Shown: piece by piece, positions 7,540 to 15,454 of the stretch
Numbering within the stretch: the first letter of the stretch is position 1
Layout of the letters: every line of letters begins with the position of its first letter
NCBI GenBank assembly: GCA_963837465.1
Contig: CAWINB010000001.1
Span: forward strand, 220,981-284,980
Source of the DNA: Candidatus Doudnabacteria bacterium
GTDB lineage: Bacteria; Patescibacteriota; Doudnabacteria; UBA920
Reading direction: 5' to 3'
DNA length: 64,000 nucleotides
The notes under the pieces: generated by a model
The model's database searches: none
The model's input: the letters and a program-made list of their open reading frames with translations, nothing else
Told to the model about the DNA's origin: nothing
Translations under genes and position numbers: made by a program

Positions 7540-8733
7540 TTACTTCTTTTCCATGGCTCTTAGCTTGGCCGCCTTTGAACGCGGGTTTTGTTTTAATTCT
7601 TCCGGCGAAGCGGTAATTATTTTTTTGGTTAAAATTTTGCCCCGCGGATTTTTGCCGCAAATACACCGCGGGAAATCCGGCGGACAAACACAGCCTTTGG
7701 CCATCCCCGCAAAAAATTGCTTTACCATTCTGTCTTCCAAAGAGTGGAAACTCACCACCACCAGCCGGCCGCCCGGGGCCAACAAATCAAAAGCTTTGGG
7801 TAAAAAACCTGAAAGGTTTTCTAGTTCATGATTTACTTCAATCCTTAACGCCTGGAAGATTCTTCGGGCGGAGTCGTCGGCTTTGTGCTTAACCGGCTTA
7901 GGCAGCGCGTCCTGGATTATCCGGTAAAGATCGTTTGTGTGTTTGATTTCTACCCCCTTACCCCTAGCCCCTATAACCTTGCCAGCTATTTGCCTGCTGA
8001 ATTTTTCTTCCCCATATTCGTAAAAAATTTTCTCCAGCCTTTTTTGGTCGTAATTATTTAAAATAAATTTGGCATCTTCGGGCTGTGACTGGTCAAACCG
8101 CATATCCAGCGGCTGGTTGGTTTGAAAGCTGATTCCCCGGTGCTCCAGCTCGTAAGACGAAAGTCCCAAATCCGCCACAATTCCATCCGGCGCCGGAAAA
8201 TTATGGTTCTTTATAATATGGTCTATTTTGGAAAAATTCCCTTGAACAAGCGAAATATTATAATATAATGATTCAAGGTGGGTTGGGGCTGGTGCCGAGC
8301 GAATCCTTGACAGTTTCGTCTCGCGGGTTCGATCCCCGTCCGGTCCGCCACTTAAAACCCGAAGGTTTGACAAACTCTGAACGTCTGATATACTAGAATT
8401 AACTGTCAAGGTTTCGCTCTGAAGCGCCGGTTTGAGGCCGGAAACCGTCCTTAATTGGGCGGTTTTTTCGTTACTCCAAGAGCTTTTAAAATTCTCAATA
8501 GCATCCTTATCTAAATCTATAGATAGTAATTTCCCTGTCTCCCCAATTTCTTTTAATATCGCCTTGCTGTATCCTCCGCCCCCCAGCGTGGCGTCAACAA
8601 TATTCTTGCCGGGCTTGGGCGCAAGATAAGAAACAACCTCATTAAGTAAAACCGGAGTGTGTTCATAATTATTGACCATGATTGAACAAAATTGACGATG
8701 ATTGACAAGATTGCCACAGCGAATCGTGTTCAA
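7540..8733 (-). CDS. rsmH: 16S rRNA m4C1402 methyltransferase RsmH (MraW) carrying an in-frame insertion of about 65 aa.
   Basis: N-terminus HTPVLLNEVVSYLAPKPGKNIVDATLGGGGYSKAIL and C-terminal ...GGRLVVVSFHSLEDRMVK are canonical RsmH. The protein is 397 aa against about 310 typical. The extra segment (SSWSNEKTAQLRTVSG...GGPDGDRTRETKLSRIRSAPAPTHLESL...) is encoded by about 8245-8440 and is low-complexity. Confidence 0.8.
   Translation of the reverse strand: MNTIRCGNLVNHRQFCSIMVNNYEHTPVLLNEVVSYLAPKPGKNIVDATLGGGGYSKAILKEIGETGKLLSIDLDKDAIENFKSSWSNEKTAQLRTVSGLKPALQSETLTVNSSISDVQSLSNLRVLSGGPDGDRTRETKLSRIRSAPAPTHLESLYYNISLVQGNFSKIDHIIKNHNFPAPDGIVADLGLSSYELEHRGISFQTNQPLDMRFDQSQPEDAKFILNNYDQKRLEKIFYEYGEEKFSRQIAGKVIGARGKGVEIKHTNDLYRIIQDALPKPVKHKADDSARRIFQALRIEVNHELENLSGFLPKAFDLLAPGGRLVVVSFHSLEDRMVKQFFAGMAKGCVCPPDFPRCICGKNPRGKILTKKIITASPEELKQNPRSKAAKLRAMEKK
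8242..8269 (+). promoter_or_regulatory. Near-consensus sigma70-type promoter (TTGAAC-16-TATAAT) antisense to rsmH. It faces the tRNA-like element.
   Basis: ttgaac at 8242-8247 and tataat at 8264-8269 with a 16-nt spacer. Confidence 0.4.
8286..8350 (+). ncRNA. tRNA-like module (acceptor stem + T-arm + CCA; no canonical D or anticodon arms) embedded antisense inside the rsmH insertion.
   Basis: 5' GGGCUGG pairs with CCGGUCC (two G-U pairs). U follows at the U8 position. The T-arm is GCGGG-UUCGAUC-CCCGU. The discriminator is G and the 3' end is CCA at 8348-8350. Only 28 nt separate the acceptor strand and the T-arm. A 19-nt segment at 8297-8315 is complementary to 8401-8419, with one mismatch. 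Confidence 0.4.
8440..8470 (+). terminator. Intrinsic terminator closing the antisense unit inside rsmH.
   Basis: Stem accgucc / gggcggu (7 bp including one G-U) with loop uuaauug, followed by TTTTTT. Confidence 0.4.
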
Positions 8734-8765
8734 TCTTATTTAATCTTTTAAATCTTGCTCAATTA

Positions 8766-9197
8766 TTAAACCCCCAAACTCCCCAACTGCTCCGCAATGC
8801 TGTTACTGGCCGCTTCGGTTTGCTGTTTGTAGGCTTGCCAGAGTTCTTCGCTCCAAATTTCTATGCGGTTGTATAAACCCGCGATTATAACTTTTTTGCC
8901 GATTTTGGCAAAATCTTTAAGGTAAGACGGCAAAATAATCCGTCCCTGTTTGTCTATTTCGCAGTCCATGGCGCCGGCCAGCATTAGCCTGGAAAAAGCG
9001 CGGGTGTTGGCAGTGGAAATTGGCAGGCTGGCCAGTTTTTCGGCCAGTTTTTTCCATTCATCCATACTGTAAAGGAACAGAGAATTGTCCAAACCTCTGG
9101 TAACAACTATTTTTGATTTCAGCGAAGGCCTAAACTTGGCGGGAATAGCAACTCTCCCCTTTTCGTCTATACTCGCCTGGTATTCACCGATAAACAT
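8766..9197 (-). CDS. mraZ: Transcriptional regulator MraZ.
   Basis: MFIGEYQASIDEKGRVAIPAKFR... and a duplicated MraZ domain. It is the first gene of the dcw cluster. Confidence 0.85.
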   Translation of the reverse strand: MFIGEYQASIDEKGRVAIPAKFRPSLKSKIVVTRGLDNSLFLYSMDEWKKLAEKLASLPISTANTRAFSRLMLAGAMDCEIDKQGRIILPSYLKDFAKIGKKVIIAGLYNRIEIWSEELWQAYKQQTEAASNSIAEQLGSLGV

Positions 9198-9315
9198 AAA
9201 TACGCCGCTAATTAATCGCTGATGAGTACGTGGATTGATAGCCGAACCGGGATCTCAGCAACTTTTCAGCGGCTGCAGACCTATCCAGTGTTAGTTCAGC
9301 GCCCAAAAAAATATA

Positions 9316-9340
9316 CACAGAAATACCCACTTATCCCCAC
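9316..9340 (-). promoter_or_regulatory. Candidate MraZ operator: GTGGG direct repeats at 10-bp spacing upstream of mraZ.
   Basis: The minus strand reads GTGGGgataaGTGGGtatttCTGTG. There are two exact repeats and one degenerate repeat. They lie between a TATAAT-like box (plus 9370-9377, minus strand) and the mraZ start. Confidence 0.35.
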
Positions 9341-9424
9341 CTACTACCACTTTTTACCATTACCTAAACATTATACTCCACAAATCCCCATAAGTCAAAG
9401 CTGTAAAAATTATGTAAAACAACA

Positions 9425-9451
9425 AAAAACCTCTTATTAAAGAGGTTTTTA
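9425..9451. terminator. Bidirectional hairpin terminator.
   Basis: aaaaacctctt-atta-aagaggttttt with an A-run on one side and a T-run on the other. Confidence 0.4.
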
Positions 9452-9598
9452 AAATATCCCTTGGCTGCTATCCACAGCAGTTCATCACTCAAGAAACCGG
9501 GAACTATCCCTTTACAGCAGGCTTATGACGGAAATAGGCAAAGGCGATTTAAAATCGCCGCTAATCTTAGTTAGTCATTAATTTTGGATTACTTAAAC

Positions 9599-10174
9599 CT
9601 ACGGCGCTTTGGTTTGTTCCGGATCGTGTTTGTCAATATCATCCCTATTCATACCAAAATCCTCTAAGCATAGATTGCGGAAATAAATAGCTCCTACTCT
9701 CCTTAAAATATTGGTGCTGATACCTTTTTCAAAGGCAAATTTCTTTAACTTATCGTCAAAAACAGGATCAAACGCAGTTATGTCAAAAACCTTAAAAATA
9801 TGTTTTTGAACTTCATACGGATTTGTTGTTTTTTTCTCCTCGCAAATTTTTATAAAATCACTTTTATGGGCATCTATATATTCTTTCATTCCGCTTTCCA
9901 CCAGCCAGCTCTCGCCGGTAGAATTTAAATTTACCGGCGAATGAGAGCTAAAAGCCGGGGTTTTCGTGTTTTCAGAATCAACCTTCAGGTCGTGTAAAGT
10001 GTCTTTCACCCACTGCATTGAAGTTTCCAAGGCCGTAAAACGACCGTTGGAATACCATGCGATACAAATCAAAAAACCTACCAACCCTAAAAAATATTCC
10101 CAACCAATTTGGATAGTCATATAAAATTCATTCCCGGATAAATTGTAACTTAAATTTATTGCCGCTACAAGCAA
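9599..10174 (-). CDS. Hypothetical membrane protein.
   Basis: 191-aa ORF with an N-terminal hydrophobic segment (EYFLGLVGFLICIAWY). Confidence 0.45.
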   Translation of the reverse strand: MLVAAINLSYNLSGNEFYMTIQIGWEYFLGLVGFLICIAWYSNGRFTALETSMQWVKDTLHDLKVDSENTKTPAFSSHSPVNLNSTGESWLVESGMKEYIDAHKSDFIKICEEKKTTNPYEVQKHIFKVFDITAFDPVFDDKLKKFAFEKGISTNILRRVGAIYFRNLCLEDFGMNRDDIDKHDPEQTKAP

Positions 10175-10194
10175 AAGTTATCCACATAATAGCC

Positions 10195-10713
10195 TTAAAC
10201 AAGAGCGATTTTATAAGCCGCGACACCAAAGGCTACCGAGACATTCAGGCTTTCTTTTTTGCCCAGCATGGGAATTTGGACGATTTGGTCGCAGAGTTTT
10301 AGCATTGGCTTTGATATCCCCCGGACTTCTTCGCCTAAAACCAAAGCCAACGGAAACTTGGGTTTGAATTTATTGATGTTAAGCGGGCGACCAAGGGAGG
10401 CCCCTGCGCTGTTTTCCAAAGCTACAATGTTTACGCCTTGGGTCTTTAGTTTTTTAATTAATCTTACCGGGGATTTTTGGTATTCCCAGGCCACCCATTT
10501 TTCCGCGCCCAGCGCGCTTTTGGCAATCCTTTTTTCCTGAAACTGATCTTTGGGCGTGCCGGTATATCCCGTTAAATAAATTTTGCCTGCTCCAAAAGCA
10601 TCGGCAGTACGAAAAAGCGACCCGACGTTATACAGCGAACGCATGTTGTGGGCTATAACAAAAAAATCTTTGGGCATAATAATACCAATAGTGTCAAGGG
10701 TCACCCTTGACAC
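10195..10713 (-). CDS. SpoU-family (TrmH/RlmB-like) RNA 2'-O-methyltransferase.
   Basis: SPOUT motifs HNMRSLYNVGSLFRTADAFG, LVLGEEVRGI and IPMLGKKESLNVSVAFGVAAY. The true start is probably the internal Met 12 codons in (MPKDFF...). Confidence 0.8.
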   Translation of the reverse strand: MSRVTLDTIGIIMPKDFFVIAHNMRSLYNVGSLFRTADAFGAGKIYLTGYTGTPKDQFQEKRIAKSALGAEKWVAWEYQKSPVRLIKKLKTQGVNIVALENSAGASLGRPLNINKFKPKFPLALVLGEEVRGISKPMLKLCDQIVQIPMLGKKESLNVSVAFGVAAYKIALV

Positions 10714-10717
10714 TATT

Positions 10718-11143
10718 TCAAACCAAGAGATTTAAATTCAAACTACTGTCCATTTCCCGCTTCATTTCTCCTTCAAGTCTTGTTAAAAATATTTCGCAGG
10801 TGGCGGAAATTACGAGTTTAAAAATATGGCCGCCGATGGCGGTTAAATCTTCGCGGGCAAATGTGCCATGGATGTGGAGCGCCGGTTGGCCGTTTGAAAT
10901 TGCGGCATTGCCGGTAAGCGAAGTTATTTCCAGCTTTTGCTTTATTTCGGTTTTAATGTAATTTTTTGATTTAAAATCAAAGTACGACAATTCCAGTTGG
11001 TCGCAGGCGCCGATTCCGTTAAAAAAAGCGGCCGTAATATTGTGGGCCGATAAAAATCGCGTTAAGGAAACAAAAACTTCTTCGCCTTTGTCAAAACGCA
11101 AGACAAAATAGTTGTTGTCTTGGAGAACTAGTTTCATAGTCAA
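10718..11143 (-). CDS. DUF296 (PPC/PCC domain) protein.
   Basis: 141 aa that reads like a DUF296 family member (...GIGACDQLELSYF...ALHIHGTFA...). Confidence 0.5.
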   Translation of the reverse strand: MTMKLVLQDNNYFVLRFDKGEEVFVSLTRFLSAHNITAAFFNGIGACDQLELSYFDFKSKNYIKTEIKQKLEITSLTGNAAISNGQPALHIHGTFAREDLTAIGGHIFKLVISATCEIFLTRLEGEMKREMDSSLNLNLLV

Positions 11144-11149
11144 TTGAAT

Positions 11150-11249
11150 TTACGAACGGAAACGAATCTGCGAATAGCTCCGAATACCGAAGCGTCGGCA
11201 TTCGTATATTCGTAAATATTAGTTGATTCGTCTGAATTCGTAGATTCGA
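11150..11249. repeat. Heptad-array palindromic element, ACGAAT family. It is an array of ACGAAT units followed by an array of ATTCGT units.
   Basis: acgaacggaaacgaatctgcgaatagctccgaat...attcgtatattcgtaa...attcgtctgaattcgtagattcg. Confidence 0.6.
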
Positions 11250-11633
11250 TTACGTTAGCTTAACGCTGCGCGCCAGCACATCCCGGACTTTTTGGATTAT
11301 ATCATCCACGGACTGGTCGGACTTAAGCAAATAATCCACAGCCCCGGCTTCCACGATTTTGCTTATAGTTTCCACATCACCAATGTTGGTCAAAACCACC
11401 ACCGGGATTTTGGCTGTGTTTGGGTCGGCTTTAAGCTCCCAAAGCACGGAAATACCGTCAAGTTTGGGCATCATAATATCCAATAAAACCAAATCAGGCA
11501 CTATTTCCTTGGCTTTGGCCACGGCTTCTTCGCCGTCGTAGGCCGGAGTAGGCTCAAAACCGGCCTGTTTAAGGGCTTCGCAAAGCGAGTTGGAGATCAA
11601 TTTGTCGTCTTCGGCCGCTAAAATTTTTGGCAT
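11250..11633 (-). CDS. Response regulator, receiver domain only (CheY-like).
   Basis: MPKILAAEDD...LVLLDIMMPKLDG...VVVLT. It is 127 aa with no output domain. Confidence 0.8.
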   Translation of the reverse strand: MPKILAAEDDKLISNSLCEALKQAGFEPTPAYDGEEAVAKAKEIVPDLVLLDIMMPKLDGISVLWELKADPNTAKIPVVVLTNIGDVETISKIVEAGAVDYLLKSDQSVDDIIQKVRDVLARSVKLT

Positions 11634-11784
11634 AATTTGTGGTCTTTCTTTAAAAGTATATTATAAATATAGCCGATTATTAATTTTTGGGCAACTGCCG
11701 CTTGTATAATTACTTATGGTCTTGTTGTACGGCATGCCGATTCATCGATCTCCTATAATTACTGATTGCCGGTAAATCGTCAGG

Positions 11785-12000
11785 TTACTGTTTAGAATTG
11801 TGTAATACATCCTCCAAAGCCATTAAGCTGGGTTTCATTCTTTCGGCCAAAGGGCCGACTTTTTCAATCAGGTACCGCGCCAGGGAATACATATTATCCA
11901 GTTCAGCTTTGGTGGAAACTATACCGCAAGCGTAAATGTAAATATGGCTATTCACAAATTCCAGACTGAAATTCTTCCACTGGTCCTGGATTTTTTCCAT
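11785..12000 (-). CDS. Hypothetical small protein between the kinase and the response regulator.
   Basis: 71-aa ORF. It is co-oriented with the kinase and starts 13 bp after the kinase stop. Confidence 0.3.
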   Translation of the reverse strand: MEKIQDQWKNFSLEFVNSHIYIYACGIVSTKAELDNMYSLARYLIEKVGPLAERMKPSLMALEDVLHNSKQ

Positions 12001-12012
12001 AAAATTCAGAGC

Positions 12013-13683
12013 CTATTTATCCAGCGGCAACGAAAAAGAAAAAGTGCTGCCCAAGCCCTCTCCGGCCGACTCGGCCCAAATCCTGCCGCCGTGCGTCTCC
12101 ACAATCCCCCTGCTGACTACCAAACCCAAGCCTGTACCCTTGCGCGCGTGGTCTCCTGTTTTAAGCTGCTTAAACTTACTGAATAAGTCCGCCAAGTCTT
12201 CGCGCGAAACGCCGATGCCGGTATCTTTAACGGAAACCGTCGCAATTTTTTCGCCGGCGTTTAAAGAAAGATTCATGTTAATCTGGCCGCTGTCGCTGTA
12301 CTTAATGGCGTTGCTTAAAAGATTGCCCAAAACCTGGCTGATTCTGACCCGGTCAAACTTCAGCAAATATTTGTCGGGCGCGGTAACGCCAATAGTTAAA
12401 TGTTTAGCCTCGGCCTGCGGCTTAAAGGCTTTGGCTTGTTCGTTTATAACTTCCACAATATCATACTGCTGCGGGTTAAGCTCAAATTTTCCGGCTTCTA
12501 TTTTGGCCACGTCCAGCAAATCGTTAACCAGCTCCAGCATATTGTTGGAAGCGGTTTCTATGGTCATCATAGTATCTTTAATCTTTGCCTGCTCCACGCC
12601 CGTGGCGGCGGCAACGCTTTTGAGCAAACTTTCGCTGGACCAGCGCACGGCCGTTAAAGGCGCCCTTAGTTCATGCACCATCATGGCCGTAAATTCCTGC
12701 CGCGTTTTTTCCAAAGTTTTTTCCGTAGTGATGTCGTGGAAAAGCACGCTGGCGGCTATAATCTGGCCGCGATTGTCTTTAACCGGGGAAATAGTCAGTT
12801 CCAAAGCTTTATCTTTCAAGACCACTTCCGGCAAAGTAATGGTTTTGCCCTGGGCTATGGCCTGGTCAATTTTGGTGCGCAAATCCACTTTGCCGGCCAA
12901 GCCGTCTATAATATCAAACATTGTCAGCGGCTTGCCCGGAGCAATGCCTAAAATTCCCAAAATCACGGGATTATAAACCCCCAGCTCATTGTTTAAATCC
13001 ACGGTAATAACGCCGTCAGCCAGGGAATAAATTACGGCGGCCAGTTTGCCTTTTTCACTTTCCAGCACCGCCTGCAGTTTGGAAACCGCGGTCGCGGCCT
13101 GGTTGGTAATGGCGTACAAAATAGAAGCCTGCTCCCCGCCGTAGCGGCCTTTTTCCGAGGAAGCTACGTTAATCAACCCCACCAGTTTTTCGGAAATGAC
13201 CACGGGCAAATTAAAAAACGACTCTACCCCGACTTTTAAACTGTCATCCAAAATGGTGCCGGTTATGCTCTCGTCCACGCTTAAGGAATTCCGGATTTTT
13301 TTGTCCAAAATGGCTTCGTAGGACATCATCATTTTTTCCTTGACCTGCTCTATAAAATTATGATTGACGGGGTTGGCCACCTGGCACTTAAACACCGTCC
13401 GTCCGTCGTTTTCCAAAACCATATAGGAAACCGTATCGTAATTTAAAAGATTGCCCAGGGAGCTGGTAATAATATCCACGATTTTGTTGGTATTCAAAGA
13501 ATAGCCGATGCGCTCGCTGATTTCCTTGAGCACCTGGGCCTGGTAAACCCTTTGCTGGAGCGTTAAAGACTGGTTGGCCTGGGAACGCAAAAATTTGCGT
13601 TCGCGCAAAGAAGCGTAAATATAAGCGCTGACCACAATGGCCAGCATCACAAAATCTATGGCGATGAGGATGTTGATTATCAT
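12013..13683 (-). CDS. Sensor histidine kinase (N-terminal TM, sensory domain, HisKA + HATPase_c).
   Basis: H-box FTAMMVHELRAPLTAV, and N/G boxes in ...LLSNAIKYSDSG...KDTGIGV...GTGLGLVVSRG. Confidence 0.8.
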   Translation of the reverse strand: MIINILIAIDFVMLAIVVSAYIYASLRERKFLRSQANQSLTLQQRVYQAQVLKEISERIGYSLNTNKIVDIITSSLGNLLNYDTVSYMVLENDGRTVFKCQVANPVNHNFIEQVKEKMMMSYEAILDKKIRNSLSVDESITGTILDDSLKVGVESFFNLPVVISEKLVGLINVASSEKGRYGGEQASILYAITNQAATAVSKLQAVLESEKGKLAAVIYSLADGVITVDLNNELGVYNPVILGILGIAPGKPLTMFDIIDGLAGKVDLRTKIDQAIAQGKTITLPEVVLKDKALELTISPVKDNRGQIIAASVLFHDITTEKTLEKTRQEFTAMMVHELRAPLTAVRWSSESLLKSVAAATGVEQAKIKDTMMTIETASNNMLELVNDLLDVAKIEAGKFELNPQQYDIVEVINEQAKAFKPQAEAKHLTIGVTAPDKYLLKFDRVRISQVLGNLLSNAIKYSDSGQINMNLSLNAGEKIATVSVKDTGIGVSREDLADLFSKFKQLKTGDHARKGTGLGLVVSRGIVETHGGRIWAESAGEGLGSTFSFSLPLDK

Positions 13684-13689
13684 TTTTGT

Positions 13690-13803
13690 TTTTATCGAAT
13701 ATACGAATTCAGACGAATAAACGAATGTCTACGAATTTACGAATGATGGCGCCGGTATTCGTAGTTATTCGTGGATTCGTTTCTATTCGTAAATTCGATT
13801 TAT
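13690..13803. repeat. Heptad-array palindromic element, ACGAAT family.
   Basis: atACGAATtcagACGAATaaACGAATgtctACGAATttACGAATgatggcgccggtATTCGTagttATTCGTggATTCGTttctATTCGTaaATTCGattta. It shares the 3' motif ATTCGTAAATTCGATTTA with the copy at 58741-58851. Confidence 0.65.
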
Positions 13804-14070
13804 TTACAAAGCTTTAACCTGGGGATATTTTTCCAAAAGCGAATTTAAGGTCATTTGGGCAATCTGCCCGGACAGGGTCATATATTCGTTGGCCACGCCT
13901 TTTAAAACCATTTGCGGGTCGCCGTCCATATCCAAAACCGAGCCGTCATCCGTGACTTTTAACCCGGGGACTTTTCGCGCCTTATCCAAAGCAATATTCG
14001 GCCCCAAAACCACCATCTGCTTCTGGATTAAATCCGTCAGCATTTTTTTGTAATCACCCTGTTCCGGCAT
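13804..14070 (-). CDS. Hypothetical protein.
   Basis: 88-aa ORF that starts 27 bp upstream of its own ATG context and is co-oriented with neighbours. Confidence 0.35.
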   Translation of the reverse strand: MPEQGDYKKMLTDLIQKQMVVLGPNIALDKARKVPGLKVTDDGSVLDMDGDPQMVLKGVANEYMTLSGQIAQMTLNSLLEKYPQVKAL

Positions 14071-14184
14071 AGTGTTAGTTTTTGTGTCTTAGTTGATGTC
14101 TTGCTTATGCCTATATTCTACCACACTTTTACAAAATTTAAAAAGCGCGGCAAACCTTACTAAAAACGCGTTTTAAAATGGGTT

Positions 14185-14835
14185 CTACTCTCCCGGATCG
14201 TTAACATTTTTCGGGAACTTAAAACTGGCGATAATTTTTTTAAATACAGCCATATCGTCAAAGGGGGTACTCGTTGGGGTAGCATTAATACTGGCAATGG
14301 TTAGTATAGTAATATCACCTGTCGGATAGTTTTGGGCTGCCAAGACTATTTGGTTTTTTTGGATCAAATCCGCGCGTAAAAAATAGGGACTTCCGGGCAG
14401 AGTTGTGTCCTGCCATTGGGATAAATAGATAACCGAGTTTTGGTCTTCCGAAAATTTTTCAAAAGAAATGTTTTTGTATCCTGGGTCTTCATCTTCCCAC
14501 CCAAGGTTAGAGGCCTGTGTTTTAATACCGGCCATGGTAGCCATCGATTTAGGCAGATAATAGCTGCCCATATACAAAGTCGGGTTGCCATTGGCATCTG
14601 AAAACTCATTACCATCATTATTTGCCTGCCAGGACGACGGCACGGTTATTTCATAGTGGAAGGTGGGGCTGGTATAGCTTTGCCAACTACCGGTTAAAGC
14701 CGACTGCTCAAGCTTTTTCGGCAACGGCGAAAATGAACCCCCCATATACAAAGACTGGCTTAAAATAAAATAAACCGAAACGACGGTGGAGGCAATTAAG
14801 GCCAAAACAATAACAACCCAGTATTTTAGTTTCAT
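14185..14835 (-). CDS. Hypothetical exported or membrane-anchored protein.
   Basis: N-terminal signal/TM segment MKLKYWVVIVLALIASTVVSVYFIL. Confidence 0.45.
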   Translation of the reverse strand: MKLKYWVVIVLALIASTVVSVYFILSQSLYMGGSFSPLPKKLEQSALTGSWQSYTSPTFHYEITVPSSWQANNDGNEFSDANGNPTLYMGSYYLPKSMATMAGIKTQASNLGWEDEDPGYKNISFEKFSEDQNSVIYLSQWQDTTLPGSPYFLRADLIQKNQIVLAAQNYPTGDITILTIASINATPTSTPFDDMAVFKKIIASFKFPKNVNDPGE

Positions 14836-14939
14836 AAAATTATTTTATTTTTATTCCGGAAGCTTTGATTGTTTTTATTATAGCAAAAAAATTTGAAGCG
14901 GCCCAAATCAAGCGCCTCTTTTTTGGACTTGGAGCCTGT

Positions 14940-15212
14940 TTAGTAAATTGAGACGTGAAGTTTTGCTCCCAGGGCTTCTGTCAGCCTGTTTAAGAATTGG
15001 AGCGACGGGCTAAAATCGCCCCGCTCTAGTCTTGAGATTACCGGCTGTTTAGTTTTAGCTCTTACGGCCAATTGTTTCTGGGTTAAACCTTCCTTTAGCC
15101 TTTTCTCTATAATCATTTCCACCACGGCAAATTCCAGGCCCAAATCCTTGTAGGCCTTGCTGATTTTTTTGTCTTTTAAAAGCTGCTTTTTAAAATTTTT
15201 ATAGTTGCCCAT
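14940..15212 (-). CDS. XRE-family HTH transcriptional regulator.
   Basis: ...LTQKQLAVRAKTKQPVISRLERG... matches a Cro/CI-type HTH. Confidence 0.65.
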   Translation of the reverse strand: MGNYKNFKKQLLKDKKISKAYKDLGLEFAVVEMIIEKRLKEGLTQKQLAVRAKTKQPVISRLERGDFSPSLQFLNRLTEALGAKLHVSIY

Positions 15213-15454
15213 AAATATTCTTTTGGTTAATATCTACCCGAATATAATATACTCTATAGGTTATATTCTGTCAAGCCACTAAATCCTTGTACTTATTAGT
15301 GGCTTTAGGCAGCTCTTTTTCGGGAATTTTTTGGGACTTCTTAACAAATCCTGACAAAAGATGAATTTGCCCTTTATGGAAACAGTAAAAAATCCTGACT
15401 TCCTGCCGACCTCTGACCCTCAACTCAAAAAATAATTTTGGTTTATGCCTCTAT

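Noticed and set aside
8286-8350. Calling this a bona fide tRNA gene.
   Set aside because: Only 28 nt lie between the acceptor strand and the T-arm, so no D arm or anticodon arm can form, and two G-U pairs sit in the acceptor stem. It is tRNA-like, not a decodable tRNA.
9222-9440. A 72-aa plus-strand ORF.
   Set aside because: It covers the mraZ promoter/operator region with its GTGGG repeats and TATAAT. The composition is Pro, Tyr and Gln-rich, which fits chance.
12044-12976. A 310-aa plus-strand ORF, together with 12400-12657 and 12673-12951.
   Set aside because: It lies entirely antisense to the histidine-kinase gene, which has clear H, N and G boxes. The product is low-complexity and rich in Ser, Leu and Pro, as expected of antisense translation of a conserved gene.
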